A stretch of 64,000 bases of DNA from a virus (Duplodnaviria; Caudoviricetes), in the IMG/VR virus record IMGVR_UViG_3300013947_000022, positions 128,001 to 192,000 of that record, one strand, 5' to 3'. Shown one piece after another: positions 48,754 to 60,101 of this stretch. The notes beneath the pieces are model-generated. The model was not told the DNA's origin and did no database searches. It worked only from the letters and a program-made list of their open reading frames with translations. Position numbers and translations under genes: made by a program. Each line of letters starts with the position of its first letter. Within the stretch, counting starts at the first letter, position 1.

Positions 48754-49407
48754 TCACCACAACTTATTAAACCCTTTAATAATCCCATCACAAAAATCAT
48801 CAAAACTCATAGCATCATTTAAATAATCAGGCTTATAAATTATAGTTTGATTGTTATACATAAACTGACAAAGATAACTAAGGTTCTTATTATAAATATC
48901 ACAAATAATTTCTTGCTTAACAGCTTTCTTGCACATTTTATTACGATTTCCAAGTCCTCTATATCTTATGGCAGGAAATCCGTGCATTCTTTTCCAACCA
49001 TTACTAACAAAATATAAAGCCTCATCAACAGTAATCAATCCTCTATTAAGCCCTTCAAGAACAACGGCGCTCAAAAGATTTCCATTCTTTTTTTCAAGAT
49101 AAAGATGCTGTTTAAGTTCAGCAACCCGTACACATTTTTTATATTCAACCCAACTATCACCCCAGATAAAGCTTAAATCAATATTATTAATATCACTTTT
49201 AAAAGTGCTACAATCACTTGTAATTGTACGAATATGTTTAGCTTCTTCATCGTTAAAGAAATTTGACCCCTCACCACAAGTAACCAAGTCAGCATCAATA
49301 CTTGCGAATTTACCAAACTCTTTCAAGTTTCCATATTCATCTCTAATATAAAATTTAGGATTATCTGTTACAGAATAAGTAATATTATTGCAGTTATCTT
49401 CACCCAT
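48754..49407 (-). CDS. hypothetical protein
   Basis: AAGGAG SD, upstream - strand promoter. Confidence 0.7.
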   Translation of the reverse strand: MGEDNCNNITYSVTDNPKFYIRDEYGNLKEFGKFASIDADLVTCGEGSNFFNDEEAKHIRTITSDCSTFKSDINNIDLSFIWGDSWVEYKKCVRVAELKQHLYLEKKNGNLLSAVVLEGLNRGLITVDEALYFVSNGWKRMHGFPAIRYRGLGNRNKMCKKAVKQEIICDIYNKNLSYLCQFMYNNQTIIYKPDYLNDAMSFDDFCDGIIKGFNKLW

Positions 49408-49588
49408 GATATTACTCCTTATAAAATATTATACTACTATAAAGTCTATTTTACATTATAGCCGTATTATATCATAAAACTCTTATCTTGTCAACTAAAA
49501 TTTTTTTAAAAAATTTTTTAAAAATAAAAACATAATAAAAACGCAATAAAAAAGGAGAGTGCGTTATACACTCTCCCACATTTTATAT

Positions 49589-50057
49589 TCAACCGACATA
49601 TCCACGACCTCTATAATAGTAATATCTTTCCTTTTTAATAAAGTCATACATATCACAATTATCATAAGTAACTAAATAAGGAACCATTCTAAAAAATTCA
49701 CTTCCGAGAACAACAGCAGTATAAGGTGTACAAGGGTTATTACAAGAACTAAAACCGCAATACATTTGCAAAAGTTTATCTGTAGGTGCATCATCTGGAA
49801 TAGATGCTCCATAGTGGCATTTTAATTCAGAAGCATCAGAGCAAACTTCAGATTGATAATAGCTAACGTCCATACTAAGATAAATAGTTCCATTTTTTAA
49901 ATCGCATTTAATATGGCTTGGAACGCATCCTTGCTGAGAACGAAACATTTGTTTTCCAAAATCGCTTTCGTGAAGAATTTGTATATTTTTAAGAATAGTA
50001 TTATAAGATTTTGCGTTAAAATATTTTCGGTCTGGGTCGTGAAAATAGCAAGACATA
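49589..50057 (-). CDS. hypothetical protein
   Basis: GAAAGG SD before MSCYF start. Confidence 0.6.
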
Positions 50058-50060
50058 ATT

Positions 50061-50618
50061 TTAACCTTTCTTAGTTTTTGAAGTCTTTGTTGTGTTCTTA
50101 GATTTTGAATTAGTTTTAGATTGTTTAGTAGATGTAGCAGATGTAGTAGATGTAGTAGACGTAGTAGTTTCAACAACCTCAGACTCACTATTTACAACAG
50201 CTAAATCTTTTCCACCACGTTTTTCCAGAAATTCTCTCATTTGTTCAATCAAAGCTTGATTCATTTTATAAATCAATTCAAAGGTACTTCCGCTAATAGC
50301 AGAATAAGTCATATGAGATACTTCATATTTAATCTCTGCATCTGCCGTAGAAGAAGGGGTCGCCTTAAGAACATTTGTATAAATACGAATAGTTGACTTA
50401 CATTCTGGATTCACAGAAATATTTACACACTTTTCATATTTAGTTCCCTCAACTCCATTAATAACGCCAAGAGAGATAGTCCAGTCACAAATTACATTTG
50501 AAAGATTATCTTTTACAGGAGTAAAATAACGAATTCTACCATCAGTAATAAACTTACACCCTGCTGCACTAAAAACATCATTAAGTTTTAAAACTTTATC
50601 AGAAATAAAATTTTGCAT
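50061..50618 (-). CDS. hypothetical protein with Thr/Ser/Lys-rich tail
   Basis: coupled start. Confidence 0.65.
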   Translation of the reverse strand: MQNFISDKVLKLNDVFSAAGCKFITDGRIRYFTPVKDNLSNVICDWTISLGVINGVEGTKYEKCVNISVNPECKSTIRIYTNVLKATPSSTADAEIKYEVSHMTYSAISGSTFELIYKMNQALIEQMREFLEKRGGKDLAVVNSESEVVETTTSTTSTTSATSTKQSKTNSKSKNTTKTSKTKKG

Positions 50619-51259
50619 TAAGAATCACCTTTTTTTGAATTTTTATCTTTAAAATTTTTATCTTTAGGATTTTTATCTTTAACCTGTTTCTTTGTACTAT
50701 CAAGAGTCTTATTTAACTCTCTCAAAAGTTCTTTATGATACTTTTTATGTTTACCATGACGATACTCAGGGTCTTCGACTTTAGAAATAATATGCTCAAC
50801 TCTTTCAACTTCTTCGTCAACGGTCTTGTTAAGCTCTGCATATTTTTCTTTTAGTATTTTTTCTATTCTACGATATTGTTCATAAGCCAAACCAAGTTCA
50901 GGCTGTCTTATTTCAGCAGGATAATATTTACCCTTTAGATAGAAACTTGCATTAACAACCACATCAATTTTATCATCTCTGAATAAACAACCATCAACGC
51001 AAATATAGTGGGAACTATCTTCACACGCTTTTACAGCTTTAAAATGGTATTCGTATCTTTCTTTTCTATCCTCATTTTCAACTTCAATCGGCTTTTCTTC
51101 AATCTTCCACCCATTTTCTTCCCATCTTTGTCTAAGACTATCTTTAGCCTTATTTAGTCTTTTTTCTTCACGAATTTCCTTTTTCTTTTGGTCTCGAATT
51201 TCTTTTCGAGCTTGAATACGGGCTTCTTTATCTCGCTTTTGCTGTGCAGTTAAACTCAT
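50618..51259 (-). CDS. charged hypothetical protein
   Basis: AAGGAG SD. Confidence 0.65.
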   Translation of the reverse strand: MSLTAQQKRDKEARIQARKEIRDQKKKEIREEKRLNKAKDSLRQRWEENGWKIEEKPIEVENEDRKERYEYHFKAVKACEDSSHYICVDGCLFRDDKIDVVVNASFYLKGKYYPAEIRQPELGLAYEQYRRIEKILKEKYAELNKTVDEEVERVEHIISKVEDPEYRHGKHKKYHKELLRELNKTLDSTKKQVKDKNPKDKNFKDKNSKKGDS

Positions 51260-51324
51260 AATAATTTAAACTCCTTTATATTTCAAAATATTTCATTAAG
51301 GATTACTACTTCTTTATAGACTAT

Positions 51325-51852
51325 TTAACAAGAAGCAGACCTAAAAATTAACTTGTTCCAGCTATCTTCAATTCTGGGAAAGATGTAATTTTCAAAAAAC
51401 ATACCCTTTTTAAATTCATAATTACCCTCACCAGAACAAATTTCACAGAATTCTTTATAGCACTGATACAGCCAATTAATTTTAAAACCAATAAAGAAAT
51501 CAGTGTCTTTGTCTATAGTCCTAAAAACAAGTTGATTATCTACAGGCAATTTCAGTAAAATTTGCTTTAAGAGTACATCAGAAATAGTAATAAAATCTCC
51601 ATTTAAGTTAGTTTTTACTTCTATCGGAGTAAGTCCAGACCAAAGTTTACAACAAAGATTATATTTCATCGTAACTTTGCGAATAATATCAATAAGAAAA
51701 TCAGAAAAAGTATCAATCTTTTCATTGTTTTCAGTATTATTTTCAATATTGTTCTTAATATGCCGAATACTTTCTTTTGATTGAATAGATAAATTATTTA
51801 AATTTTGATTTTTCAAAATTTCTTGTTTATCTTTAATCCATTTGGTTTTCAT
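51325..51852 (-). CDS. hypothetical protein
   Basis: ATGA overlap. Confidence 0.6.
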   Translation of the reverse strand: MKTKWIKDKQEILKNQNLNNLSIQSKESIRHIKNNIENNTENNEKIDTFSDFLIDIIRKVTMKYNLCCKLWSGLTPIEVKTNLNGDFITISDVLLKQILLKLPVDNQLVFRTIDKDTDFFIGFKINWLYQCYKEFCEICSGEGNYEFKKGMFFENYIFPRIEDSWNKLIFRSASC

Positions 51853-52187
51853 GAGATTCTAAATCCTTTCACTTTATCTGGATTCTTAACCGCAAATTCT
51901 TTCATTTCTTTAATTTTTGCCATGCAAGCCTCCATTTCTGTGTCAGTAAGACCGACCATAGCATCATTATCATACTGATAACTTTGAACAAGAATGTAGG
52001 GTTCTTTTGCTTCAAGAGGATATTTATAAATAATACTTACCTTATGAAGATAGCCGTATCGAGCGTTATAACGAGAATAATGACATCCAAAACGAGGATT
52101 GTCTTGGTCTATCACAAATCCAAGTTTTTCAAACATCTCATTTGCAGTAAGTTTCTTTTTGAAAAACTTGTTAAGAAGATACATCAT
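51849..52187 (-). CDS. hypothetical protein
   Basis: AAGGAG SD and upstream promoter. Confidence 0.65.
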   Translation of the reverse strand: MMYLLNKFFKKKLTANEMFEKLGFVIDQDNPRFGCHYSRYNARYGYLHKVSIIYKYPLEAKEPYILVQSYQYDNDAMVGLTDTEMEACMAKIKEMKEFAVKNPDKVKGFRIS

Positions 52188-52322
52188 AAATGATTATAAG
52201 ACTCCTTTTACATTTTTTCTTTTATTATATCACAAAACAAAATGGTTGTCAAGTAAAATTTTTAAAATTTTAAATTTTTATCAGAAAATAAAAATGAAAC
52301 ATATAAAAGGAAAGTGAGAGAA

Positions 52323-52682
52323 TTAAATTTCTCCCACAAACCATTCAAATTGTTTTTTAATTTCAACTGCTTGTTCAGGCTCAATTTTTGCTAAAGTTTT
52401 TAATAAAGGTTTACAATAATTAGAAAAACTATCAGCAAAGAAATTATATCCATTAGTATCGCTATTCCAAGTATCTTGAGCTTTACAAATAGAAACAGCA
52501 TTAATAAAAGTTTTTTGGTATTCTGGTGTAATAGAAATACAGCCTTTTTCCCAGATAATATAGCCTTTCATAGCAAAATTAAACTCATTTGGAATAACAA
52601 GAATTGCATCTGAACCAAATTTACTATAGAGATTTACTAAGCCATATAAAACTTGGCATATCATTTTACTTCCTTCACTCAA
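52323..52682 (-). CDS. hypothetical protein
   Basis: overlaps upstream gene. Confidence 0.55.
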   Translation of the reverse strand: MSEGSKMICQVLYGLVNLYSKFGSDAILVIPNEFNFAMKGYIIWEKGCISITPEYQKTFINAVSICKAQDTWNSDTNGYNFFADSFSNYCKPLLKTLAKIEPEQAVEIKKQFEWFVGEI

Positions 52683-53280
52683 CAGTAATTACCTCATCAT
52701 TTTTAGTGTTAATAATATGAAACGGTCTTTGAACCCCGCAACAATTCTTCTCGGCACTTTCAAGGGCTGCTGTAATATGTTGAACAGGAGTGAATTTAGG
52801 ACAGTATTTAGTAGTGCTATATAGACTACCCAATGCAGCATATTCTCCGCAACCTACTGCATCGTATCCATCTTTAGCTTCGAGGACTGAATAATCTGGT
52901 TGAATTTGAAAAAGCTTTCCATCAACACCAATGAGGAAATTAGCTCCTCTATCTTTCTCAAGTTCAGTGACAATATGCTGCTGAAATAGATTAACCAGAT
53001 TTGGAATAAAAGTTTTTACCATGTATTTATGGTCGATATTAATTTCGTTTTCTTTTACTTTATATTTATCAATTTCAGGAAAAAGAGTTTCGCTATATTT
53101 GAGTAAATCAATATGTCTAAAAGTAGAAGTGCTTCCCATAATAACATTTTTTAGAGTATCATTATGAAAACATTTCGGATTAGTTTGAACAGCCTTGGAA
53201 AATCCATTGCTACCAAGAGAATCTGAACCAATCCAAGTAGTATTGTTTTTCTTATCTGTAAAGCCTACAATAGCAGTCAT
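52675..53280 (-). CDS. Ntn-hydrolase (HslV/proteasome beta-like) peptidase
   Basis: N-terminal Thr (MTAIVG), GSDS, AVGCG..ALG. Confidence 0.75.
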   Translation of the reverse strand: MTAIVGFTDKKNNTTWIGSDSLGSNGFSKAVQTNPKCFHNDTLKNVIMGSTSTFRHIDLLKYSETLFPEIDKYKVKENEINIDHKYMVKTFIPNLVNLFQQHIVTELEKDRGANFLIGVDGKLFQIQPDYSVLEAKDGYDAVGCGEYAALGSLYSTTKYCPKFTPVQHITAALESAEKNCCGVQRPFHIINTKNDEVITVE

Positions 53281-53305
53281 TTAATAATATTTATCTCACT
53301 TTCTA

Positions 53306-54061
53306 TTAATTTGGTAAATCAATAATATTTTTGTTTATAGCAATCAACTTATATTTTTCTAATTCTGATAAAACGCTTTCGGCTTTAGCAGAAGTAAATT
53401 GACAATAGTTTCTAAAATTTTTTAAAGACAGAGTGGTAACATATCCACTTCCAAAAAATGAAGTATCTTTAAATTTTCTTTTCTTTGAAATAGTTGCTTT
53501 AATAAGAAAATAAGAATACATTAATTGGAATCCAGTTATTTTGTTTTTATTATCTTTCCCCATAATAGATGAAAAATAATTTTTAAAAAACATATATTCT
53601 TCAATAGAACATTTTGTAAAATTCTTTTCTTTTGAGCAATTATAATTAATTTTAATAGTAAGGAAAGATTTGATAAAAGTATCTATATCCCCAAATTTAT
53701 TAAATAAAGATTCCACTAAATTTAAATCTTCAGATAAAGTGATTTCTTCTTCACTTAAATTTTCATATTTGTTTATGTCTATTAAAGATGAATACAGTAC
53801 ATCTTGATTCTCGTTAGTCATGTTAGAAGTTAAAAGCCATAATGCTTTAGCTATATTCTCTTTGTTTTCTTTTTCTTGAGACCTGTTTTTAGGAGTAAAA
53901 TATGCATTTTGTATAAGTTTTACTGTAGTATCAATAGTACCCAATATATTTTTATTGATATACAAATAACAATATACAGGTAGTATCCATTGGTTTACCT
54001 TTATACTTGCTTCTATTATACCATTTGGAATAGGAATAAACACTTCTGATAATTCTTTCAA
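53306..54061 (-). CDS. hypothetical protein, possible replication initiator or wHTH protein
   Basis: TTG after GAGGTG SD; C-terminal LSELEKYKLI; upstream direct repeats. Confidence 0.55.
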   Translation of the reverse strand: MKELSEVFIPIPNGIIEASIKVNQWILPVYCYLYINKNILGTIDTTVKLIQNAYFTPKNRSQEKENKENIAKALWLLTSNMTNENQDVLYSSLIDINKYENLSEEEITLSEDLNLVESLFNKFGDIDTFIKSFLTIKINYNCSKEKNFTKCSIEEYMFFKNYFSSIMGKDNKNKITGFQLMYSYFLIKATISKKRKFKDTSFFGSGYVTTLSLKNFRNYCQFTSAKAESVLSELEKYKLIAINKNIIDLPN

Positions 54062-54276
54062 ACCATCACCTCTTTTATCAGAGCTAAAAGTACAATACCA
54101 CATTTAGAATAAAATGTCAAGAAAAATTTTCGAAAAAGGCGACGCATTTATGCGGAGTTTATAGTATTATTTATCTATCTTATATTTATATCTTATAGTA
54201 TTATCTTAAGGGATTTTGGAAAAGTGAAAAAAAGTATTGAAATATAAGGAAAAAGTAGAATTTTTAGAAAAAAGTT

Positions 54277-54380
54277 GCGCTAACATTTTTGCGACCGTTA
54301 ATTTTTAAAAGCTAATTTACGCTAACATTTTTGTTAGTGTACCATATAGTGTATATAGTGGGTACGCTAACATTTTTGTA
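54277..54380. repeat. three CGCTAACATTTTTG direct repeats (iteron-like)
   Basis: read directly; about 42-44 bp spacing. Confidence 0.8.
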
Positions 54381-54584
54381 AAAATGCAAATAGGAAAGAG
54401 AAAAATAAAATTCAACTTTTATTTTGCGGGGTTGAGAATGTCTGTTTTTGAGTGATTGTGATAATTATAAGGGGTTAAATTTGTTGATAACCTTTGTTTT
54501 TAAGAGAAATTCGAACTTGAAATTTTTCTTGACAAAACATAGATAGTGTGTTATAATAGAGATAATCAGATAAGACAATACAAA

Positions 54585-54658
54585 ATGTAGACATTGGATG
54601 TGATACAGACTTAAAAAGTAGACATTGGTGATAAGAAATAACAAAAAAGTAGACATTC
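54585..54658. repeat. GTAGACATT direct repeats downstream of the 54529 promoter
   Basis: three copies about 31 bp apart. Confidence 0.7.
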
Positions 54659-54761
54659 AGAAAGACAAGGTGATTTATTGCTATAGAATAATTTTAAGAT
54701 AAAGGAGTTCAGTAAAATGTAATTGCTCAATACTTATAGCAAATACATAGTGATAATTAAT

Positions 54762-55457
54762 ATGATTATTTTAAATAAAGGCAAAATTAATCCAGCAAAG
54801 CGTACAGTATATTTGGATATTGACGATGTGATTTTATGGAGTGCTGGAACAATAGTTGAAATGCTTAATGACCGTTATGGCTTAAATAAGACCCGTGATG
54901 ATATTAAAGATTGGGGTTTTAAGAGTATTAAGCGTGATTTGGATGTTCAAGAAGTTCTTGATATGTTTTGTGAAGATGAATTTTGGCAACGTAACAAGCC
55001 GAATCAAGAATTGATTGATGCTTTTGAATTGGATGAAGATAGTCAAGATGGTTTGTTCCATAGTTATAATTGGCGATTGGTAACAAAGCGGGATGAGGTT
55101 AATCTAAAAAAGAAGTTTGACAAGATTTTTTCGATTCCGTTCTTTGCGCGTCATAAAGATGAAATTGGTTATTATGGTTTGGAACATGATGAAGATAAGG
55201 CTTCTGTAAGAATGCTTGGTCGGATTCAGATTGATGATTATTATTTTAATTTAAAAGATACAGATGCAAGTGTAAAAATTCTTCTAAAGAATGACCTTGA
55301 CGCAAATTATAATTCGCATTATACTTACAAAGATGGCTTGCAGAATTTGTATGTTTGTGATAATCTAAGTCAGGTTGTTGATGTTTTAATGTTTGCTAAA
55401 GATGATGAGATTAATGATTTCATTAGCGAACTTGAAGATATGGAAGAAGACGAGTAA
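54762..55457 (+). CDS. HAD 5'(3')-nucleotidase-like protein
   Basis: YLDIDDV (motif I), LVT (motif II), IDD (motif IV). Confidence 0.7.
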   Translation: MIILNKGKINPAKRTVYLDIDDVILWSAGTIVEMLNDRYGLNKTRDDIKDWGFKSIKRDLDVQEVLDMFCEDEFWQRNKPNQELIDAFELDEDSQDGLFHSYNWRLVTKRDEVNLKKKFDKIFSIPFFARHKDEIGYYGLEHDEDKASVRMLGRIQIDDYYFNLKDTDASVKILLKNDLDANYNSHYTYKDGLQNLYVCDNLSQVVDVLMFAKDDEINDFISELEDMEEDE

Positions 55458-55491
55458 TTTTTTAAAAATAAATTGAGAAAGGTAAATTAAG

Positions 55492-58400
55492 GTGCATCTA
55501 CTTTATACTGTTAAGCTTAGTAGTACAATTTTGAAAGACAACAAGTATAAACTTAATTTGTCGTTTAAAGAGTGTTTTAAAAGTGGTCTCGTAGTATCTT
55601 TAGCAGATTCTCAAATGCTAAAAAGTATTCGTGACGTATCAGGGTAGGTTGTTGATTATGCTCTGGTTGATGAATGGTATAATAAACGAGACAAACTAAA
55701 AAAGAAAAAGAAACTAAACAAAACCAAAGAAGAAGATATATATATCTATCCAGATAAAAAGGAAAGAATGACTGAAGTTGCGGCATTGGCGGCATATCAA
55801 AAAGCAATTTATGATATGATGTATATTTCACAGTATATTACCGTAACAATGGACAGTGTTTCAGATTATAAAAAGATTTATGAAACGGGTTTCCTTTTTA
55901 ATGGTCGTTGGTTTAAAAGAATTTCTTGTTCCGCTTCTCAAGCGCGAGTAAGTACGGTAGTGTTTTGTGATAGTGGAAATGAGGAGGATTTTAAGAAGCA
56001 AATTGAGCCTCTTGATAGTATTCGTATTCAAGTGAGAGATAGGCTTGATAATGGACGTGATATGTTTCACCCGCTCGCTGCGAGCAAATACAATGCTTAT
56101 TTTGGTTTATATTCAAGTGCAACAAAGCAAGTTACAAAACCAAGATTTTGTATTGTAAAAGATTATTGCGAAGTTAGACCAGTTGATGTTGATTTTGTAA
56201 TAGAACAGCCACCTGATGAAGATGATATAATAGAACCTCGTACAATGGATGTAGAATTTAATTGTTGGGATGGTTCTGGTTTGATTAGCCCTGCTATGGC
56301 AGAAGTTTGGGGCAAAGACCTTGGAGAAGATTATACGCCTTGCCAATTCTGTATCCGTTGCGCGTTTACAAAGGGAGCTTTAAACGAGTTTGACTTTGTA
56401 GAATGGTGTAAGGAAGAAAACGATGGGAATTATATCATAAAAGATGTTTATCGGAATGATAGAGATTTAAGAGAAGTTGATGTAATTCTCACTGAAGGTA
56501 TGGCTAAACTTTGGGATAGCTGGGAGTCTCAACAATCTTTTGAAGATAATTGCGAAAAGAATCGGATTATCTGGGGTGTAACGAAATATGCTCCTAAGAA
56601 AGATAAAGAAGTAAATACAGCAAATTATCAATTTCTCCAAACGTTAAATCTTACAGATAATATGGTGAAAGATGTTTGTGCTGAAACTGTGAAGTATATT
56701 CAAGGGGTTAGTTACGATAATATTTATTATACGCTTCTGTTTTTAATGGGTGAGAATCTTGATGAAAAAAGTATTGAATCTTTTTTAAGTTCAAGTGATA
56801 ATTGGTGGTTGAAGAGTCTCGTTTTAAATCACAATCTTTTTAATGATAAGTACACAAAAGAAAAAATTCGTGATTTCATTGTTAGAAAGATAGAATTGGC
56901 TTGTTTGCGGAAGATTTTAATCCGTGGTAATTTTCAATGTATTGTAGTGGATGGCTATGGGTTTATGCAATCTATTACGGGACATAAAGTAACTGGATTG
57001 CTTAAAGCTGGTCAAGCGTGTTGTAATTTCTGGAATGAAAGACGGATTAATAAAGTTGATACTATGCGTAGTCCTTTAACTCATTTTAGTGAACATTATC
57101 CTATGGACTTGGTTGATAATGAAAAGACTCGTAAATGGTTTAGCTATGATTATAGTGGTTATATTGTAAATTGTCATGATGCTCATACTATGAGGTGGGC
57201 CGGTAGTGACTACGATGATTTAAAGCACGAAAGTGCTTAATACATTGTCGCCCATGATAGTAATATTATGGTGAAAATGTGGTGAACCTGTAAATACAGG
57301 GTGTGGAACTTAGGTTCTGCTAACAGGGAAAGCCTAAACCGAAAGGCATGGTAACTCTGTGGTAAACTCTTAATGAGAAACTCAAACGACTATCCCGTAA
57401 GGGAGTACATTTACGGTGAAATTCCGTATTTGGAAGCGCCACACATCCTATAGGGATGATGATATAGTCTACTCCGACATTTGAAATAAAATGTGTTAAA
57501 GTATTGGGAAACCAACGGTATTAAAGGTATGATATAATTTTTTCCACTGATAATCCAAACTTTATTAATGGACGTTATCCAAATCAAAGAGTTGTAACAT
57601 ATCAAGCTAAAAAGCCTAAAAAGGAAATTTTCAGAAAAGAAGATGGAACTTTTGACAGAGAAGCTTTCGATAAAAAACTTTTTGTAACGGATACATTTAG
57701 TTTCGGAACTAAAATTGGACAGATTAGGTAAAAGTAGTCTGGCTATTCAGTAATGAATAGAAAAATAAACGTGTGTGAACTTAGAAATCTAAGGTGTGGG
57801 TTTAGTAAACCTGCTAACGGGGAAACCTAAGTCGAAAGATATGGCAATCCCGTGCCAAGCAGTGAAGGTGTAACGACTATCCCGCAAGGGAGTACATTCA
57901 CGGTGAAACTCCGTGTTTGGAAGCGCCACGCATCCCATGAGGATGAAGATATAGTCTACCCTCTTAAGAAATTAAGAGATTAGTGTACAAATACAATTTC
58001 AACAGTAGTAGGACTTTTGCCTCTTTTCCCAGAGGGTTCGAAAGAGCGCGAAGTTTTGATTAATCGAGTAAAGGCTGGGTGTGCTGCTCAGTCAAGACAG
58101 ATTGATAAAACAAAGATTGGTCAAAACGTCAAAGAACTTGCTACAGTTTGTCGCAATTTTCAGCACATAGAAGAAACAGATGATGAAGCAACGGTAGAAA
58201 GGAAGAAGTTTCTTAATTCTATTCTTGCTGATAAAAAGCCTTATTTCTTTAGATATAAATATACTCAAACTGATAAAGAATTGAAGCATTATCTAAAGAA
58301 GAGAGAAGAGAAACTTAAGAATAAATTTGGTAACGCTTGGAATCTTGAAAGACTTTTGAATACGCCAGAAGAAGAATTAACTGATGAGTTAAAAGAGTTT

Positions 58401-58970
58401 AAGAGACAGTATTACGATTTCCTTCCTGTTGTCGATTCTGATTGTGTAATGAACAGAATTAGTCATTATATTGAAAGTATTGATTTCGAGATAAAGAAGA
58501 GGGTACGTTCTTCTGATGCTTTTGATTATAGGATTCTTCAAAGTGAAAACTTTATGATAAATAAAAAGATTTATGAACAGATTTATTATACGGTTGAAGA
58601 ACATATTAAGAATTGGCAAATAAAAAGAAAAGTGACAGATACAAAAACAATTCAAGACGGGAACAATGAAAAAGTTATTGCTTATTCTGCTTTAAAAGAA
58701 GCTCTTGAACAGATTTGCCCAAATGATGAAATTGTAGCAAATCATATGATTACTTTGTTTTATGAAGATAAACCTTCTTATAATAAAGGAATTTTATGGG
58801 AGCTTTATGGTAGACAAATCTTTGAAAATTTGAAAACAAAAGTAAATTCGTGTTATTTCCCCAAAAAGAATCCAAATGGAACCCTTGAGTTTTTATATGA
58901 AAATTACTCTATTGAAAAGGTCGATTTAAATAAAGTGGAGGTTGAAAACATTGATAGAAATTTACAATGA
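55492..58970 (+). CDS. YonO-like single-subunit RNA polymerase (RdRP-like fold); exons 55492-57216, 57528-57724, 57986-58970; TAG=Gln at 55645
   Basis: SLADSQ, SASQAR, KYNAYFGL, DGSGLI, F-x-KG and RSP motifs; splicing gives GSDYDYD and IGQITN. Confidence 0.85.
57217..57527 (+). ncRNA. group I intron (ORF-less) inside the catalytic motif
   Basis: 5' exon ends in U paired to IGS GUCG; P7 GACUA/UAGUC; terminal G; removal restores frame. Confidence 0.85.
57725..57985 (+). ncRNA. group I intron (ORF-less)
   Basis: exon CAGAU pairs IGS GUCUG; P10 GUA/UAC; P7 GACUA/UAGUC; terminal G; restores IGQITNT. Confidence 0.85.
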
Positions 58971-59967
58971 AACAAAACATATTTAGACCGTCCTTGAAAA
59001 AGGGTTAGGTAAAAAATGGTTTACTGATTTGACTCTTTTAGTAAAATACTGGAAGAGTCAAGGATATTCAAAAAAGCAAGTAAAAGATATGTGCATTGAA
59101 AAATGCAATAGGTATGTTAAGAATTTCAATTCTATAAAAGATGGACCAGATTTGAAGAAATCTGTTGACAAAGTTTGGAGAGATTGGAAAACAAAAGGGG
59201 AGAATCCATCTAAACTTAGAGAAATAGATTACGTTGAATTTCCAAAAGAAGTTCTCGATTGGTTTCTTGCTTTGGAGGATGATTTTACAATTACAGAGGA
59301 AGAACGAGATAGAATAAATGAACTTCGTGCTCCTACTAAAGTAAAGAAAACACCGATGAATTTTAATCGTATTAAAGTGTTATTTACTCTTTATGTTTGG
59401 AGTCTTATTCAAAAAGAATATATGGCTGGTGGTTGGAATTATTTTAATTTGGATGATTGGTATTCAAAATTAAAGAAAGATTCTGATTTGCCGACCAGTT
59501 ACAATATTCTTAATGAGAGAAACATCCTTGAAGATTTAGGCTTTCTTAAAACCACTGAAAAAAATGTTGACGTTATTCTTGAGCTATTTGATAAGTTCGA
59601 TGTGTTTAATACAGAAGTTACAGATAAGAACAGGATGAGGCTTGAGGGTGAAGATTTATATAATTGCGGTCATTGGTTAAAGAAGCATAAATATAATTGG
59701 TTTGTTTGTGAACATTGTGGAAAAGAAGTTTTTGATAAAAATAAACCTTTAGGTGGGAGACCTCGCAAATATTGTAAAGAATGCGCTGAAACTTTGAAAA
59801 TGGAAGAAGCGGATTTAGTGGTTTATTGTGAAAAATGTAAAAAACCATTAGTTAGAAATGCTTCTATGCATCGTTTTAAAGGATTGTGTCGTGATTGTCA
59901 AAACAAAAAAAACAATTTCAACAAATTACTTTTTAAACACAAGAAAAATATAAGCGGCGAAACGTAA
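58951..59967 (+). CDS. phage protein downstream of RNAP with C-terminal zinc fingers; TAG=Gln at 58984
   Basis: GGAGG SD, TTG 58951, in frame with 59029 ORF; four CxxC. Confidence 0.7.
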
Positions 59968-60101
59968 GCCCGAAAAACCTCAAACCCGCAAACCCTTGAG
60001 CCACAAGGGTTTGAGCCACTTTTTTAAAAATTTTTTTCTGGCTCTACTTTGGAAGGAAACATATTTTCCTTTCAAATTTAATGAAAAAAGGATGAATTTA
60101 A

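Noticed and set aside
55768-58970. RNAP as a fragmented pseudogene
   Set aside because: The gaps are group I introns with P1 and P7 elements whose removal restores the frame and conserved motifs.
31763-58970. Idea that the RdRP-fold polymerase copies the + cassette RNAs into peptide mRNA
   Set aside because: Characterised YonO is DNA-dependent and the ORFs lie within - strand gene blocks; no sequence evidence supports RNA templating.
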